64,000 nt of DNA from an uncultured Acidimicrobiales bacterium (GTDB lineage Bacteria; Actinomycetota; Acidimicrobiia; Acidimicrobiales; SHLQ01), in the NCBI GenBank assembly GCA_938002955.1, contig CALLAA010000039.1, forward strand, positions 397 to 64,396, written 5' to 3'. Below the pieces are notes generated by a model. It did not search any database. It worked only from the letters and a program-made list of their open reading frames with translations, and was not told the origin of the DNA. The translations under genes and the position numbers were made by a program. Position 1 is the first letter of the stretch. Each line of letters begins with the position of its first letter. Shown piece by piece: positions 1 through 12,508 of this stretch.

Positions 1-1
1 G

Positions 2-304
2 TTCATGCTGCTCGGCGAGGGTAACGACGCGGTCGTCTCACGAATCGAACCTTCCCTTCCGACGCAACGAGCCGACAGCGGAATCGGGGTCGGCGACACC
101 GAAGCCGATGTCGATGCCGTCTACGGTGACGCCGTTCTCAAGGACCCGCACGTGTACCTCGGCGAGGGTGCGAAGTACCTTCGGGTAGCCCCTGACCCAG
201 GAGCGGACGCCACGCTCTTGTTCGAAACCAACGAAGGCGGCGAGATCGTCTCGATCCGCAATGGCTTCCTCGATCCAATCCGCTGGGTCGAGGGCTGCGC
301 ATAA
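2..304 (+). CDS. 3' end of a hypothetical protein gene (5' end upstream of window)
   Basis: Frame is open from the window edge to TAA at 302-304. Third-position GC is high like the neighbours. No motif recognised. A hairpin plus T-tract follows. Confidence 0.4.
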   Translation, partial: FMLLGEGNDAVVSRIEPSLPTQRADSGIGVGDTEADVDAVYGDAVLKDPHVYLGEGAKYLRVAPDPGADATLLFETNEGGEIVSIRNGFLDPIRWVEGCA

Positions 305-321
305 CCCACCCAATGACCGAT

Positions 322-357
322 CGTCGTCATTGCCGTAGTGACGACGGCCTGTATTTT
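322..357 (+). terminator. Putative intrinsic terminator
   Basis: 8-bp stem CGTCGTCA (322-329) / TGACGACG (339-346) with a 9-nt loop, then GCCTGTATTTTG. Confidence 0.45.
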
Positions 358-421
358 GCGTGACTTGTGACTGTCCTTAGGGCTGTTCACGCTGCGTGGC
401 CTAGAGTAGAGAATTCGCTCT

Positions 422-2443
422 TTGGAAAGTCTGGCCGTGACATCTACGCCGAATACCGATCAAGACGCTGTAGATTCCGCGCCTGATACCACTCAACCCG
501 CCCTCGATTTCGCTTCGCTGACCGAGCCCGAGCCTGCCGCTCCGGTCGAAGAGGCCACCGTAGAACCACCAGTGGCCGAACCAGCTGTCGACGCCGAAGC
601 CGAAGATGTCGAAGCCGACGCTGTCGAGCCGGAAGCCGTCGAACCGGAAGATTTCGAAGCCGAAGATGTCGAAGCCGAAGATGTCGAGCCGGAAGCTGTC
701 GAGCCCGAAGACTCCCCGACGGGATTTGCCGCCCTTGGCTTGCGCAACGAGCTCCTCGCGTCGCTCGACAAACTCGGATACGAAGAACCCACCCCGATCC
801 AGCGTGAAGCGATCCCTCACCTCTTGAGCGGCGTCGATATTCTCGGCCAGGCCGCGACCGGCACAGGCAAAACCGCGGCGTTCGCGCTTCCGGTCCTTCA
901 CAACATCGATCCGGGAAGTCCTGCGATCCCGACCGTTCTCGTACTGACGCCCACGCGCGAGCTTGCGGTCCAGGTCAGCGAAGCAATGTTTGCCTACGGC
1001 AAGTCCCAAGGCGTCAAGGTCGCTCCGATCTACGGCGGACAACCCATTGGGCGTCAGCTCGATGCATTGCGCCGGGGCGTACACGTCGTGGTCGCGACGC
1101 CTGGACGAGCCATCGACCATCTCAAGCGTGGTTCGCTCGATCTCGACGGTATCCAGACCGTGATTCTCGATGAGGCCGACGAGATGCTCGATATGGGCTT
1201 TACCGAGGACATCGAGCTCATCCTCCAGAACACCCCAAAGCAGCGTCAGACGGTGATGTTCTCGGCGACGATGCCGCCTCGCATCAAGTCGATCGCCGAT
1301 CGCTATCAGCAAGACCCGGTCCTCGTAAAGATCAGCGCCGCCGACTCTGCAGCGAGCCGTGACCTCATCGACCAGAAGGTCTACGTCGTGCACCGAGCCC
1401 ACAAGGCGTCGGCGCTCGGCCGCATTCTCGATATCGAAAACCCGAGCTCAGCAATCGTCTTTTGCAAAACCCGTACCGAGGTCGACGAACTGACCGTGAT
1501 CATGAACGGACGCGGCTTTCGCGCTGAGGCGCTCCACGGTGGCATGGACCAGGCACAGCGAGACCGGGTCATGGGGCGGTTGCGCGACGGCACCGCCGAA
1601 CTCCTCGTCGCTACCGATGTTGCCGCTCGCGGCCTTGACGTCGACACGCTGACCCACGTCGTCAACTACGACATTCCGTCAGCTCCAGAGAGCTACGTGC
1701 ATCGCATTGGACGAGTTGGACGTGCGGGTCGAGAGGGTGTCGCGATTACCCTCGCCACTCCCCGTCAGCGCCGACTGCTGCAAAACATCGAACGTCTCAC
1801 GAAGCAGACGATCACCATCGAGAAGGTCCCAACCGTCGCCGACCTTCGCGAGCGTCAGATCGAGGCCACCGTCGAGGCGGTCCGCGAGGCCCTCACCGAA
1901 GACGACCTTGACGACTACCAGGGCGTTTTCCATGCGCTGAAGGGCGAAGACTCCGATCGCAACATCGCACTCGCCGCTATCAAGCTCGTCCATGCTGCTC
2001 GAGGAGCGGTCATGGACGAACCCGACATTCCCGATGCCTCGGACAATTTCAAGAGCGACGGCAAGGGCGGACAAAAGGGCGGCAAAGGAAAGCATGGCCG
2101 CGGACGCGATCGAGATGATCGCGGTGGACGCGGCGATCGCGGCGATCGCGGTGGACGAAACGACCGCGGAGACCGAGGCGATCGCAAGCCTCGCGAAGTC
2201 GACCCGAACACCGGCTTTGTGTACGTCGGTGTCGGCTCGCGCGGTGGCGTCCGACCGGGCGACCTGGTTGGTGCGATCGCGAACGAAACCGGCTTGTCCG
2301 GGCGCGACATTGGACCGATTCGGATCTCGGATCACTACTCGGTCGTTGGGGTTCCGGACGCTTCGGTCGACGAAGTCGTTGGCGCGATCAAGCGGTCAAC
2401 GGTCAAGGGCAAGAAGGCCAAAGCCCGCCGCTACACCGACTAA
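422..2443 (+). CDS. deaD: DEAD-box ATP-dependent RNA helicase (DeaD/CsdA-like) with acidic N-terminal tract, RGG-rich linker and DbpA-like C-terminal RNA-binding domain
   Basis: Motifs seen: Q motif region GYEEPTPIQ, Walker A AATGTGKT, DEADEM, SAT, HRIGRVGRAG. C-terminal end reads GVRPGDLVGAIANETGLSGRDIGPIRI. The TTG at 422 is the ORF-track start. An in-frame GTG at 437 preceded by GGAAAG is an alternative. Confidence 0.93.
   Translation: MESLAVTSTPNTDQDAVDSAPDTTQPALDFASLTEPEPAAPVEEATVEPPVAEPAVDAEAEDVEADAVEPEAVEPEDFEAEDVEAEDVEPEAVEPEDSPTGFAALGLRNELLASLDKLGYEEPTPIQREAIPHLLSGVDILGQAATGTGKTAAFALPVLHNIDPGSPAIPTVLVLTPTRELAVQVSEAMFAYGKSQGVKVAPIYGGQPIGRQLDALRRGVHVVVATPGRAIDHLKRGSLDLDGIQTVILDEADEMLDMGFTEDIELILQNTPKQRQTVMFSATMPPRIKSIADRYQQDPVLVKISAADSAASRDLIDQKVYVVHRAHKASALGRILDIENPSSAIVFCKTRTEVDELTVIMNGRGFRAEALHGGMDQAQRDRVMGRLRDGTAELLVATDVAARGLDVDTLTHVVNYDIPSAPESYVHRIGRVGRAGREGVAITLATPRQRRLLQNIERLTKQTITIEKVPTVADLRERQIEATVEAVREALTEDDLDDYQGVFHALKGEDSDRNIALAAIKLVHAARGAVMDEPDIPDASDNFKSDGKGGQKGGKGKHGRGRDRDDRGGRGDRGDRGGRNDRGDRGDRKPREVDPNTGFVYVGVGSRGGVRPGDLVGAIANETGLSGRDIGPIRISDHYSVVGVPDASVDEVVGAIKRSTVKGKKAKARRYTD
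596..715 (+). repeat. In-frame 60-bp tandem duplication inside deaD
   Basis: Units 596-655 and 656-715 match at 53 of 60 positions. They encode EAEDVEADAVEPEAVEPEDF and EAEDVEAEDVEPEAVEPEDS. Confidence 0.9.
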
Positions 2444-2453
2444 GCCAGAACCT

Positions 2454-2539
2454 ATCGATCAGTTCCGGGGTCAGACCCTATTCCTGATCGATAGAGCTGC
2501 TCGATCAGTTTTGGGGTCTGACCCCATTCCTGATCTATG
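2454..2539. repeat. Two tandem ~46-bp palindrome-containing units between convergent deaD and the GH1 gene (possible bidirectional terminator region)
   Basis: Unit A (2455-2493) is TCGATCAGTTCCGGGGTCAGACCCTATTCCTGATCGATA. Unit B (2501-2539) is TCGATCAGTTTTGGGGTCTGACCCCATTCCTGATCTATG. Each has outer arms GATCAG/CTGATC and an inner palindrome GGGTC-N-GACCC. Unit B overlaps the GH1 stop codon. Confidence 0.7.
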
Positions 2540-3899
2540 GACGGTAGACGCTTGGTGTTTCGGGAAGCTCGAAGCCCTTGGCGGCGATCGCCGCTGAATA
2601 CCAGTCGGCGCTCTTCTTTGGACGACGTTCCTGGGTCTCGTAGTCGACCTCGATGATGCCGAACGTTGGCCCGTAACCCCACGCCCACTCGAAATTGTCG
2701 AACAGGGACCACACCAAGTAGCCCTCGACCGGGCAACCGTCGGCGATTGCACTGTGGACCTCGCTGAGGTGATCTCTGATAAACGCCAAGCGATCGTCAT
2801 CGGCGACCTGACCATCGTGACGGTCCCCATCGGGCATCGGCGCGCCGTTCTCGGTAATGATCAGCCGGCGAAAGCCGTAGTCGTTGGTGAGCCAACGCAG
2901 AAGTCGCCCAAGCGACGTTGGGTGCAGCTCCCAACCCATGGTGTTTTGTGGAGTCCCCTCCGGAAGCCGAAGCTGGCCATCGGCCCCGATGATCTGACGG
3001 GTGTAGTAGTTGATCCCGAGAACATCGATTGGCTGGCTGATGATGTCGAGATCGCCATCGAGCACCTCGGCCTGGTCCCAACCAAAGTGATCAGCGGTCT
3101 CAGCCGGATATCCGCGCCCGGTGAGCGGATCGACGTACCACCGGTTGTCGGTGTCATGGACGCGCTCGGCTGCTGCGACGTCGGCAACGGATTCCGAGGC
3201 GGGCTCGACCGGAGTGAAGTTCAACACGATTGCGAGGTCTGCGTCGGGGGCGATGTCCCGGATGCGCTGGCCGGCGAGGCCGTGGGCGAGCATGAGATGG
3301 TGAGATGCAGTGAATCCCGAAGCGCGATCGGTGTGTCCGGGGGCATGTTCACCCGTGACGTAACCAAGGATCGCCGATACGTATGGCTCGTTCAGTGTTG
3401 TCCAGGTTTGGATGCGATCGCCGAGACGTGAGACGACGGCTTCGGTGTAGTCGGCAAATGCGTACGCCGTATCGCGAGCGAGCCAGCCGCCCTGCTCGCC
3501 CAGACGTTGGGGAAGGTCCCAGTGATACAGCGTCGGCATCGGCGTAATTCCAGCGGAGAGCAATTCGTCAATCAACCGGTCGTAGAAGTCGAGGCCAGCC
3601 GGATTTACCTTGCCGGTGCCTTCGGGGATCACGCGTGGCCACGAGATCGAGAACCGATACGTGTCGAGTCCAAGCGAGGCCATAAGTGCGACGTCTTCGC
3701 GGTACAACCGGACATGGTCACATGCGATGTCACCGTTGGATCCGTCCTTGATTCGCCCCTCCTCCCGACAGAAAACATCCCAGATACTCGGGGTCTTTCC
3801 GTCGAGGTCGTGCGCACCTTCGATTTGGAACGACGACGTTGCGGCACCCCATCGGAAGTCATCGGGGAAGGAAATGAAAGCGTTTGCACCTCGGCTCAT
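2535..3899 (-). CDS. GH1 family beta-glucosidase
   Basis: Acid/base motif TLNEPYV and nucleophile motif IITENGAP are present. N-terminus reads FPDDFRWGAATSSFQIEGA. I prefer the ATG at 3899 (GAGAG upstream). The ORF-track GTG at 3932 has no RBS. Confidence 0.9.
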   Translation of the reverse strand: MSRGANAFISFPDDFRWGAATSSFQIEGAHDLDGKTPSIWDVFCREEGRIKDGSNGDIACDHVRLYREDVALMASLGLDTYRFSISWPRVIPEGTGKVNPAGLDFYDRLIDELLSAGITPMPTLYHWDLPQRLGEQGGWLARDTAYAFADYTEAVVSRLGDRIQTWTTLNEPYVSAILGYVTGEHAPGHTDRASGFTASHHLMLAHGLAGQRIRDIAPDADLAIVLNFTPVEPASESVADVAAAERVHDTDNRWYVDPLTGRGYPAETADHFGWDQAEVLDGDLDIISQPIDVLGINYYTRQIIGADGQLRLPEGTPQNTMGWELHPTSLGRLLRWLTNDYGFRRLIITENGAPMPDGDRHDGQVADDDRLAFIRDHLSEVHSAIADGCPVEGYLVWSLFDNFEWAWGYGPTFGIIEVDYETQERRPKKSADWYSAAIAAKGFELPETPSVYRP

Positions 3900-3959
3900 G
3901 GGCCTACTCTCGCAGAGGAGTCGGGCGATCACAACGACCGCACGGAACTTCCCCGATGG

Positions 3960-6985
<3,026 letters not shown>

Positions 6986-6998
6986 GGTTCGGCTGGGG

Positions 6999-8117
6999 TC
7001 AGCCGTCGATGATCGACGCACCAGCGGATGGATCGACAGCCCATACGTCGGGTGTGACGTCGTATTCGCCACTCCACGCATCCTTGACGTGGCGGACAAA
7101 CCGTTCTGTCTCCGACGCTCGAATCAGCGCTACGGCGCTACCGGCGAAGCCTCCGCCCGTCATTCGAGCACCGAAACATGCGTCGTGTGCTCGAGCGATC
7201 GACGCCATGTGATCGAGCGCTGCTGAGGAGACTTCGTAGTCGGTACTCAGGCTCTCATGGCTCGAATCCATGAGGGAGCCAAGCTCGACGAGGTCTTCTG
7301 CGGCCAGTGCGTCGACCGCGGCGGCAACTCGATCGTTTTCGGTAACGACATGGATCGCACGTTGTTTGTCGACACCTTCGGGCAGACCAGCGACCATCTT
7401 GGGCGTCGCGTCTCGAAGCGCAGGGACCCCCATCGCCGCGGCCGCACGCTCACACGCCTGGCGTCGCAGGTCGTACTCGCTGTCCGCGAGCTCGCGCCTC
7501 GTCATCGTGTCCATGATGACGACCCGAGCCTCGCCTGGAAGGTACGCCGGACTGGTCTCGAGCGAGCGACAGTCGATACGGGTCACGGCGCCTTTGGTCG
7601 CGATCGCCGAGATGAGCTGGTCCATGATCCCGCTTTGGATTCCGATGATCTCGTTCTCGACGCGCTGCCCAAGTTTCGCAATGTGGACCGGATCGGGCTC
7701 GAGGCCGCAGACGCTCGATAGCGCGAAACCGGTCGCGACTTCGAGCGCTGCGGAACTCGACAAGCTCGCACCGACCGGAATCGTCGTCGTGATGCGAGCG
7801 GAAAATCCGGGAATCGGGACCCCTTCGTCGGCGAGCAGCCGCGCCATGCCAGCGATGTAGCGGGTCCAGGAGGGAACCTCCCGCGGATCATCATCTAGCG
7901 AGAACGTGGCGGCGGCAAACCCGACCGACTCAAGGTCGACTACACGATCATCTCGGCGGGTGAGCGCCAGCCTCGTGTCGAATGGCAGCGCCATTGGCAG
8001 CACGAACCCGTCGTTGTAGTCGGTATGTTCGCCGATCAGATTGACGCGCCCGGGTGCACGCGCCACAACATCGGCGGGTACGTTCACGACGTTCGGGTCG
8101 ATATCTGCGTCGGCCAT
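6999..8117 (-). CDS. galK: Galactokinase
   Basis: GRVNLIGEHTDYNDGFVLPMAL signature, GHMP motif GASLSSSAALEV, and GARMTGGGFAGS. Confidence 0.94.
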   Translation of the reverse strand: MADADIDPNVVNVPADVVARAPGRVNLIGEHTDYNDGFVLPMALPFDTRLALTRRDDRVVDLESVGFAAATFSLDDDPREVPSWTRYIAGMARLLADEGVPIPGFSARITTTIPVGASLSSSAALEVATGFALSSVCGLEPDPVHIAKLGQRVENEIIGIQSGIMDQLISAIATKGAVTRIDCRSLETSPAYLPGEARVVIMDTMTRRELADSEYDLRRQACERAAAAMGVPALRDATPKMVAGLPEGVDKQRAIHVVTENDRVAAAVDALAAEDLVELGSLMDSSHESLSTDYEVSSAALDHMASIARAHDACFGARMTGGGFAGSAVALIRASETERFVRHVKDAWSGEYDVTPDVWAVDPSAGASIIDG

Positions 8118-8221
8118 GCATGCAGTATGGCCGGAAACGTTCTACTCTTCGCCCTTGAGCGGTCAACTTTGATCAAAAACGAACAAATCAACACGCCGAA
8201 GGGCGAGCAAACGGAGCGGAC

Positions 8222-9574
8222 ATGACCACCATCTCCTTCATCGGGGCCGGCAGCACGGTCTTTGCCAAGAACTTGATGGGCGACATCCTCGCCTTTCCCG
8301 AACTTGCCGACGCGACGCTTCGGCTCCACGACATCGACGAGGAGCGATTGCGGACCAGCGAGATCGTTGCGCACAAGGTGGCCGAAGCGCTCGGGGTATC
8401 CCCGACGATCGAGGCCAGCTTGAGCCAAGACGAAGCCATCGACGGTGCCGATCATGTCATCACGATGTTTCAAGTCGGGGGCTATGAACCAGCAACGGTC
8501 ATCGACTTCGACATTCCGCGCAAGTTTGGCTTGACCCAGACCATTGCCGACACCTTGGGCATCGGCGGCATTATGCGTGGCCTGCGCACCATTCCCGTCT
8601 TGCAGGATCTCACGCGCAACATGGAGCAGCGCTGCGGCGACGCAACGCTCCTGCAGTACGTAAACCCAATGGCCATGAACATGATGGCGATCAACCGGTC
8701 ATCGTCGATTCACTCGGTTGGCCTATGCCACAGCGTCCAGGGCACCGCCGAGCAACTCGCAGGCGACCTCGGCGTGCCCATCGACGAGCTCGAATACCGC
8801 TGTGCAGGGATTAACCACATGGCCTTCTACCTCGAGTTCGGGCAACGAACCCCCGATGGCGTCGTCGATTTGTACCCTAAATTGCACGAATTCTCGCGAG
8901 CTGGTGATATTCCCGACCGCGGGCACCATGATCGCAGCGACGGTGGCACGATCGGTCTGAGCGATGCGGTCCGATTCGAGATGCTCGACCGACTCGGATA
9001 CTTCGTTACCGAGTCGAGCGAACATTTCGCCGAGTACGTGCCCTGGTTCATCAAGGAGGGCCGCGAAGACCTACTCATCGACTTCGGTATCCCAATCGAT
9101 GAGTACCCGCGTCGCTGCGAAGTCCAGATCGCTGCGTGGGAACACATGCGAGCAACGCTCATCGACCCCGACGCGGCAATCGACGTGGTCCCAAGTGTCG
9201 AGTACGGCGCAACGATCATCCACAGCATCGAGACCGGCACGCCCCGCGTGATCTATGGCAACGTCGCGAACGACGGCCTCATCGACAACCTCCCGGGCAC
9301 CGCGTGCGTTGAGGTTCCGTGCCTGGTCGATGGCAGTGGCATTCAACCGACCAAGATCGGTGCAATCCCTCCACATCTCGCAGCGCTCATGCAAACAAAC
9401 ATCAACGTGCAAGAGCTCACCGTTCAAGCGGCGCTCACCGGCAATCGGGATCACGTGTACCACGCCGCAATGCTGGACCCGCACACAAGTTCCGAGCTTG
9501 ATCTCGAACAGATCTGGCAGCTCGTCGATGAATTGTTGGAGGCTCACGGCGCAATGATCCCGAATTTGCGCTAG
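8222..9574 (+). CDS. melA: GH4 family NAD/Mn-dependent alpha-galactosidase
   Basis: Colinear with E. coli MelA as I remember it: ISFIGAGSTVFAKNLMGD, FQVGGYEP, TIADTLGIGGIMRGLRTIP, YVNPMAMN, VGLCHSVQGTAEQLA, RCAGINHMAFYLEF. GGAG lies upstream of the ATG. Confidence 0.9.
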   Translation: MTTISFIGAGSTVFAKNLMGDILAFPELADATLRLHDIDEERLRTSEIVAHKVAEALGVSPTIEASLSQDEAIDGADHVITMFQVGGYEPATVIDFDIPRKFGLTQTIADTLGIGGIMRGLRTIPVLQDLTRNMEQRCGDATLLQYVNPMAMNMMAINRSSSIHSVGLCHSVQGTAEQLAGDLGVPIDELEYRCAGINHMAFYLEFGQRTPDGVVDLYPKLHEFSRAGDIPDRGHHDRSDGGTIGLSDAVRFEMLDRLGYFVTESSEHFAEYVPWFIKEGREDLLIDFGIPIDEYPRRCEVQIAAWEHMRATLIDPDAAIDVVPSVEYGATIIHSIETGTPRVIYGNVANDGLIDNLPGTACVEVPCLVDGSGIQPTKIGAIPPHLAALMQTNINVQELTVQAALTGNRDHVYHAAMLDPHTSSELDLEQIWQLVDELLEAHGAMIPNLR

Positions 9575-9686
9575 CAACAACTATGGCTCGGCCAGTTCGA
9601 CATGGGCGAATATGATCTGAAAGAGTGGGATCTGTTCATGTCGGGTACGTATTTCGCACAGTACCTAACACGTAGGGGGAGAACGA

Positions 9687-10616
9687 GTGGCAGCGACAAC
9701 CAGCGAGCGCCCGAAGGGCGCCAAGCTAAATCTCTACGGGGGCTGGCGGGCCGCGTGGCCGTTTCTGTTGCCTAGCTTCCTCGGCTTCCTGTTCTTCTTT
9801 CTGATTCCCAGCGTCCGCGGCATCTATCTGAGCTTCACCGACTGGAACCTCATCGCCAACGATGGCGACTGGGTCGGCATGGAGAACTACGACCGAATGG
9901 TCGACGATCCGCTGTTCTGGAACGCCGTCAAAGTCACGGCGTACTACGTGACGCTCAACATCGTGACCCAGACCATTCTCGCCATCATGATCGCCGTCGC
10001 CATGGACCGGTTGACGAAGTCGTCGGTCGTGCGGTCGGTCATCATGTTGCCCTACCTCATCCCGAATGTGGTCGTGGCGCTGATCTTTGTATGGCTGCTG
10101 AATTCGAACCTCGGCATCATCGCCGACCTGTTCAGCTTCTTCGGTATCGACTCGAACTACTTCGCAGGCCCCGATGCGGTCATACCGACGATTGCCGGTA
10201 TTAACACGTGGCGGCACATGGGCTACACGGCGCTGCTCATCTTCGCCGGCCTCCAGACAATCCCGAAGAGCTTGTACGAGGCTGCGGCGCTCGACGGCGC
10301 TTCGGAGTTGCAGATGATGCGCAACATCACGGTGCCGTTGCTTCGGCCCGTGCTCGCACTCGTGCTCGTCATCACCGTGATTGGTTCATTCCAGGTGTTC
10401 GACACCGTGCAGGTCGCCACCGGAGGCTTCGGTGGCCGGCCGGGCGGTCCTGGTGACTCCAGCCGTGTGATCTACGTCTACATCTACGAGCTGGCCTTTG
10501 GCCGCAACGAGCTCGGACGATCATCGGCGATCGCCGTGGCGCTACTCGTCTTCTTGATGTTCGTCACGTTCTTCCAACTCAAGATCCTTCGGGCCAACGA
10601 AAGTGACCTTGCATAA
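9687..10616 (+). CDS. Carbohydrate ABC transporter permease (MalF/UgpA-like, CUT1)
   Basis: Six hydrophobic segments and an EAA loop YEAAALDGASELQMMRNITVPLLRP. GTG start preceded by GGGGGAG. Confidence 0.88.
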   Translation: MAATTSERPKGAKLNLYGGWRAAWPFLLPSFLGFLFFFLIPSVRGIYLSFTDWNLIANDGDWVGMENYDRMVDDPLFWNAVKVTAYYVTLNIVTQTILAIMIAVAMDRLTKSSVVRSVIMLPYLIPNVVVALIFVWLLNSNLGIIADLFSFFGIDSNYFAGPDAVIPTIAGINTWRHMGYTALLIFAGLQTIPKSLYEAAALDGASELQMMRNITVPLLRPVLALVLVITVIGSFQVFDTVQVATGGFGGRPGGPGDSSRVIYVYIYELAFGRNELGRSSAIAVALLVFLMFVTFFQLKILRANESDLA

Positions 10617-11635
10617 TGAGTACAGCACTTGCAGGTATGGCAGGCGGGCGAGCCGACAGCACCGGAGCCCGTTTCGGACGTGGCACGGCGTGGCTCTTGC
10701 TCGCCCTCTTGATCGTCGCCACGATCTTTCCGTTCTATTGGACGCTTCGCACCGGCCTGGTCACGAACGCGTCGCTGTTCGAAAGCACCACCGACAAGAG
10801 CGTCATCGAGCGCATCTTGCCCGAGGACCCAACAACGGTGAACTTCCGACGCGTGCTCGGGCAAGCGACCGACGAGGAAATCCTCGAAGCGACCGGACGC
10901 ACGAACTCGGCATCGTTTGACTACCTGACCGCGATGAAGAACAGCGTGATCATCGCAACGTTCATTGCCATTGGCCAGGTGTTCTTCAGCGCCCTCGCCG
11001 CGTATGCATTTGCCCGGTTGCGTTTCCCAGGACGAGACAAGCTGTTCTTCCTGTACCTCACCGGCATGATGATCCCGCCGATCTTTGTGCTGATCCCAAA
11101 TTTGCTGCTGATCTTGGGTGACTTCTGGGTCTTCGATGCGAACGGACACGAATGGCTCGACTGGGTTCCCGGCTATGACGCGTCGAGTAGAACGTTCCTG
11201 CTCGGGCGCCTACCCGGTGTGATTGCACCCTTCTTCTTCATGACCCCGTTTGCCGTGTTCTTCTTGCGGCAGTTCTTCCTCGGGATCAACCGGTCGCTCG
11301 AAGAAGCTGCGCTCATCGACGGCGCCAGCCACTTCCGGATCTTCCGTTCGGTCATCCTGCCGATCGCCCGGCCACAGATGATCACTCTCGGTGTCCTGAC
11401 CTACATCACGGCGTGGAACGAATTCCTGTGGCCGCTGGTCGTCACCCAGCAGTTCCCCGAGAAGCAGCCGTTGACGGTCGCGCTCGGTGTGTTCACAACC
11501 CAGCAGCCCGGCACCCAGCCGGATTGGTCCGGTCTCATGTCGGGCACGCTGCTCGCGGCGCTGCCGGTGATCCTGATCTTCATGATCTTCGGCAAGCGTC
11601 TTGTAGACAGCATCCAGTTCAGCGGAATCAAGTAA
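10616..11635 (+). CDS. Carbohydrate ABC transporter permease (MalG/UgpE-like, CUT1)
   Basis: EAA loop EEAALIDGASHFRIFRSVILPIARP. The start overlaps the upstream stop (TAATG). Confidence 0.88.
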   Translation: MSTALAGMAGGRADSTGARFGRGTAWLLLALLIVATIFPFYWTLRTGLVTNASLFESTTDKSVIERILPEDPTTVNFRRVLGQATDEEILEATGRTNSASFDYLTAMKNSVIIATFIAIGQVFFSALAAYAFARLRFPGRDKLFFLYLTGMMIPPIFVLIPNLLLILGDFWVFDANGHEWLDWVPGYDASSRTFLLGRLPGVIAPFFFMTPFAVFFLRQFFLGINRSLEEAALIDGASHFRIFRSVILPIARPQMITLGVLTYITAWNEFLWPLVVTQQFPEKQPLTVALGVFTTQQPGTQPDWSGLMSGTLLAALPVILIFMIFGKRLVDSIQFSGIK

Positions 11636-11642
11636 CGCGCTG

Positions 11643-12485
11643 CTAGCTCGAAGCGTTCACCTGTTCATCAGCGATAACGACCTCGCCAACTTCGGCTTGT
11701 AGCACCGCCAAGCCGTCGGCGGAGACAGCGCGGTCGGTGATGAGGACATCGGCGGCGTTCAGCGGGGCGATCGTCGACAGGCCAATGGTCCCCCACTTGG
11801 TGTGATCGGCGAGCACCACTACGGATTCGCTGGCACCGACGAAGCTGCGAAGCGTCTGGGCCTCGAGCAGGTTCGGCGAGGTGTAGCCCGTCGATTCGGT
11901 CATGCCGTGCACGCCCATAAAGAGCTGGTCGAGATGCAGCGAGGACAACGTGGACTCAGCCATTGGTCCAACGAGTGCCCGCGAGGGCGTCGGGGTACCG
12001 CCGGTGACGAGGATCGTGAGATCGCTGCGCCGCGACTGGTGGAGTACCTCGGCGACGGCCATCGAGTTCGTGACGACGAGGAGGTCCTCGATGTTCGCAA
12101 GCTCGCCTGCGAGCTGGGCGGTTGTTGTGCCGGCGGTGATTCCAATGGCCGACCCAGGTTTGATCGATTGCGCCGCGCGTTCTGCGATCGCCGTCTTTTC
12201 GCCGTATTGCCGGCGCGCCTTTGCCGCAAAGCCGGGTTCATCGGCACTTGCCGTGTCGCGTGCCGTCGGCGCAGCTGCGGCCCCGCCATGAACACGGACG
12301 AGTTGCCCCATGTCGGCGAGCGTCTCGATATCACGACGAATCGTCATTGGCGAGACGCCGAGCACGCCAACGAGCTCGCGTACACGGACACCACCATGAC
12401 GTTCAAGTTCGCGAAGAATCAATTCGTGGCGTCGCGCAGCTAACAATCGCACGCCAGGTCGGGTATCTGGGCGTTTTTCAACCAT
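11643..12485 (-). CDS. DeoR family transcriptional regulator
   Basis: N-terminal HTH RHELILRELERHGGVRVRELVGVLGVSPMTIRRDIETL and a C-terminal DeoR sugar-phosphate sensor domain. I prefer the ATG at 12485 (MVEKRP). The ORF-track start at 12647 would add 54 non-conserved residues. Confidence 0.85.
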   Translation of the reverse strand: MVEKRPDTRPGVRLLAARRHELILRELERHGGVRVRELVGVLGVSPMTIRRDIETLADMGQLVRVHGGAAAAPTARDTASADEPGFAAKARRQYGEKTAIAERAAQSIKPGSAIGITAGTTTAQLAGELANIEDLLVVTNSMAVAEVLHQSRRSDLTILVTGGTPTPSRALVGPMAESTLSSLHLDQLFMGVHGMTESTGYTSPNLLEAQTLRSFVGASESVVVLADHTKWGTIGLSTIAPLNAADVLITDRAVSADGLAVLQAEVGEVVIADEQVNASS

Positions 12486-12508
12486 AACGCCTCGAAACCT
12501 ACCGCATT

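Noticed and set aside
401-1402. 333-aa minus-strand ORF
   Set aside because: It is antisense to the DEAD-box helicase and has no motifs. Other long antisense ORFs were rejected for the same reason: 14174-15406, 16936-17799, 18188-19087, 27760-28818, 34930-35934, 37736-38650, 45647-46474, 48047-49153, 50489-51622, 52169-53134 and 60338-61105.
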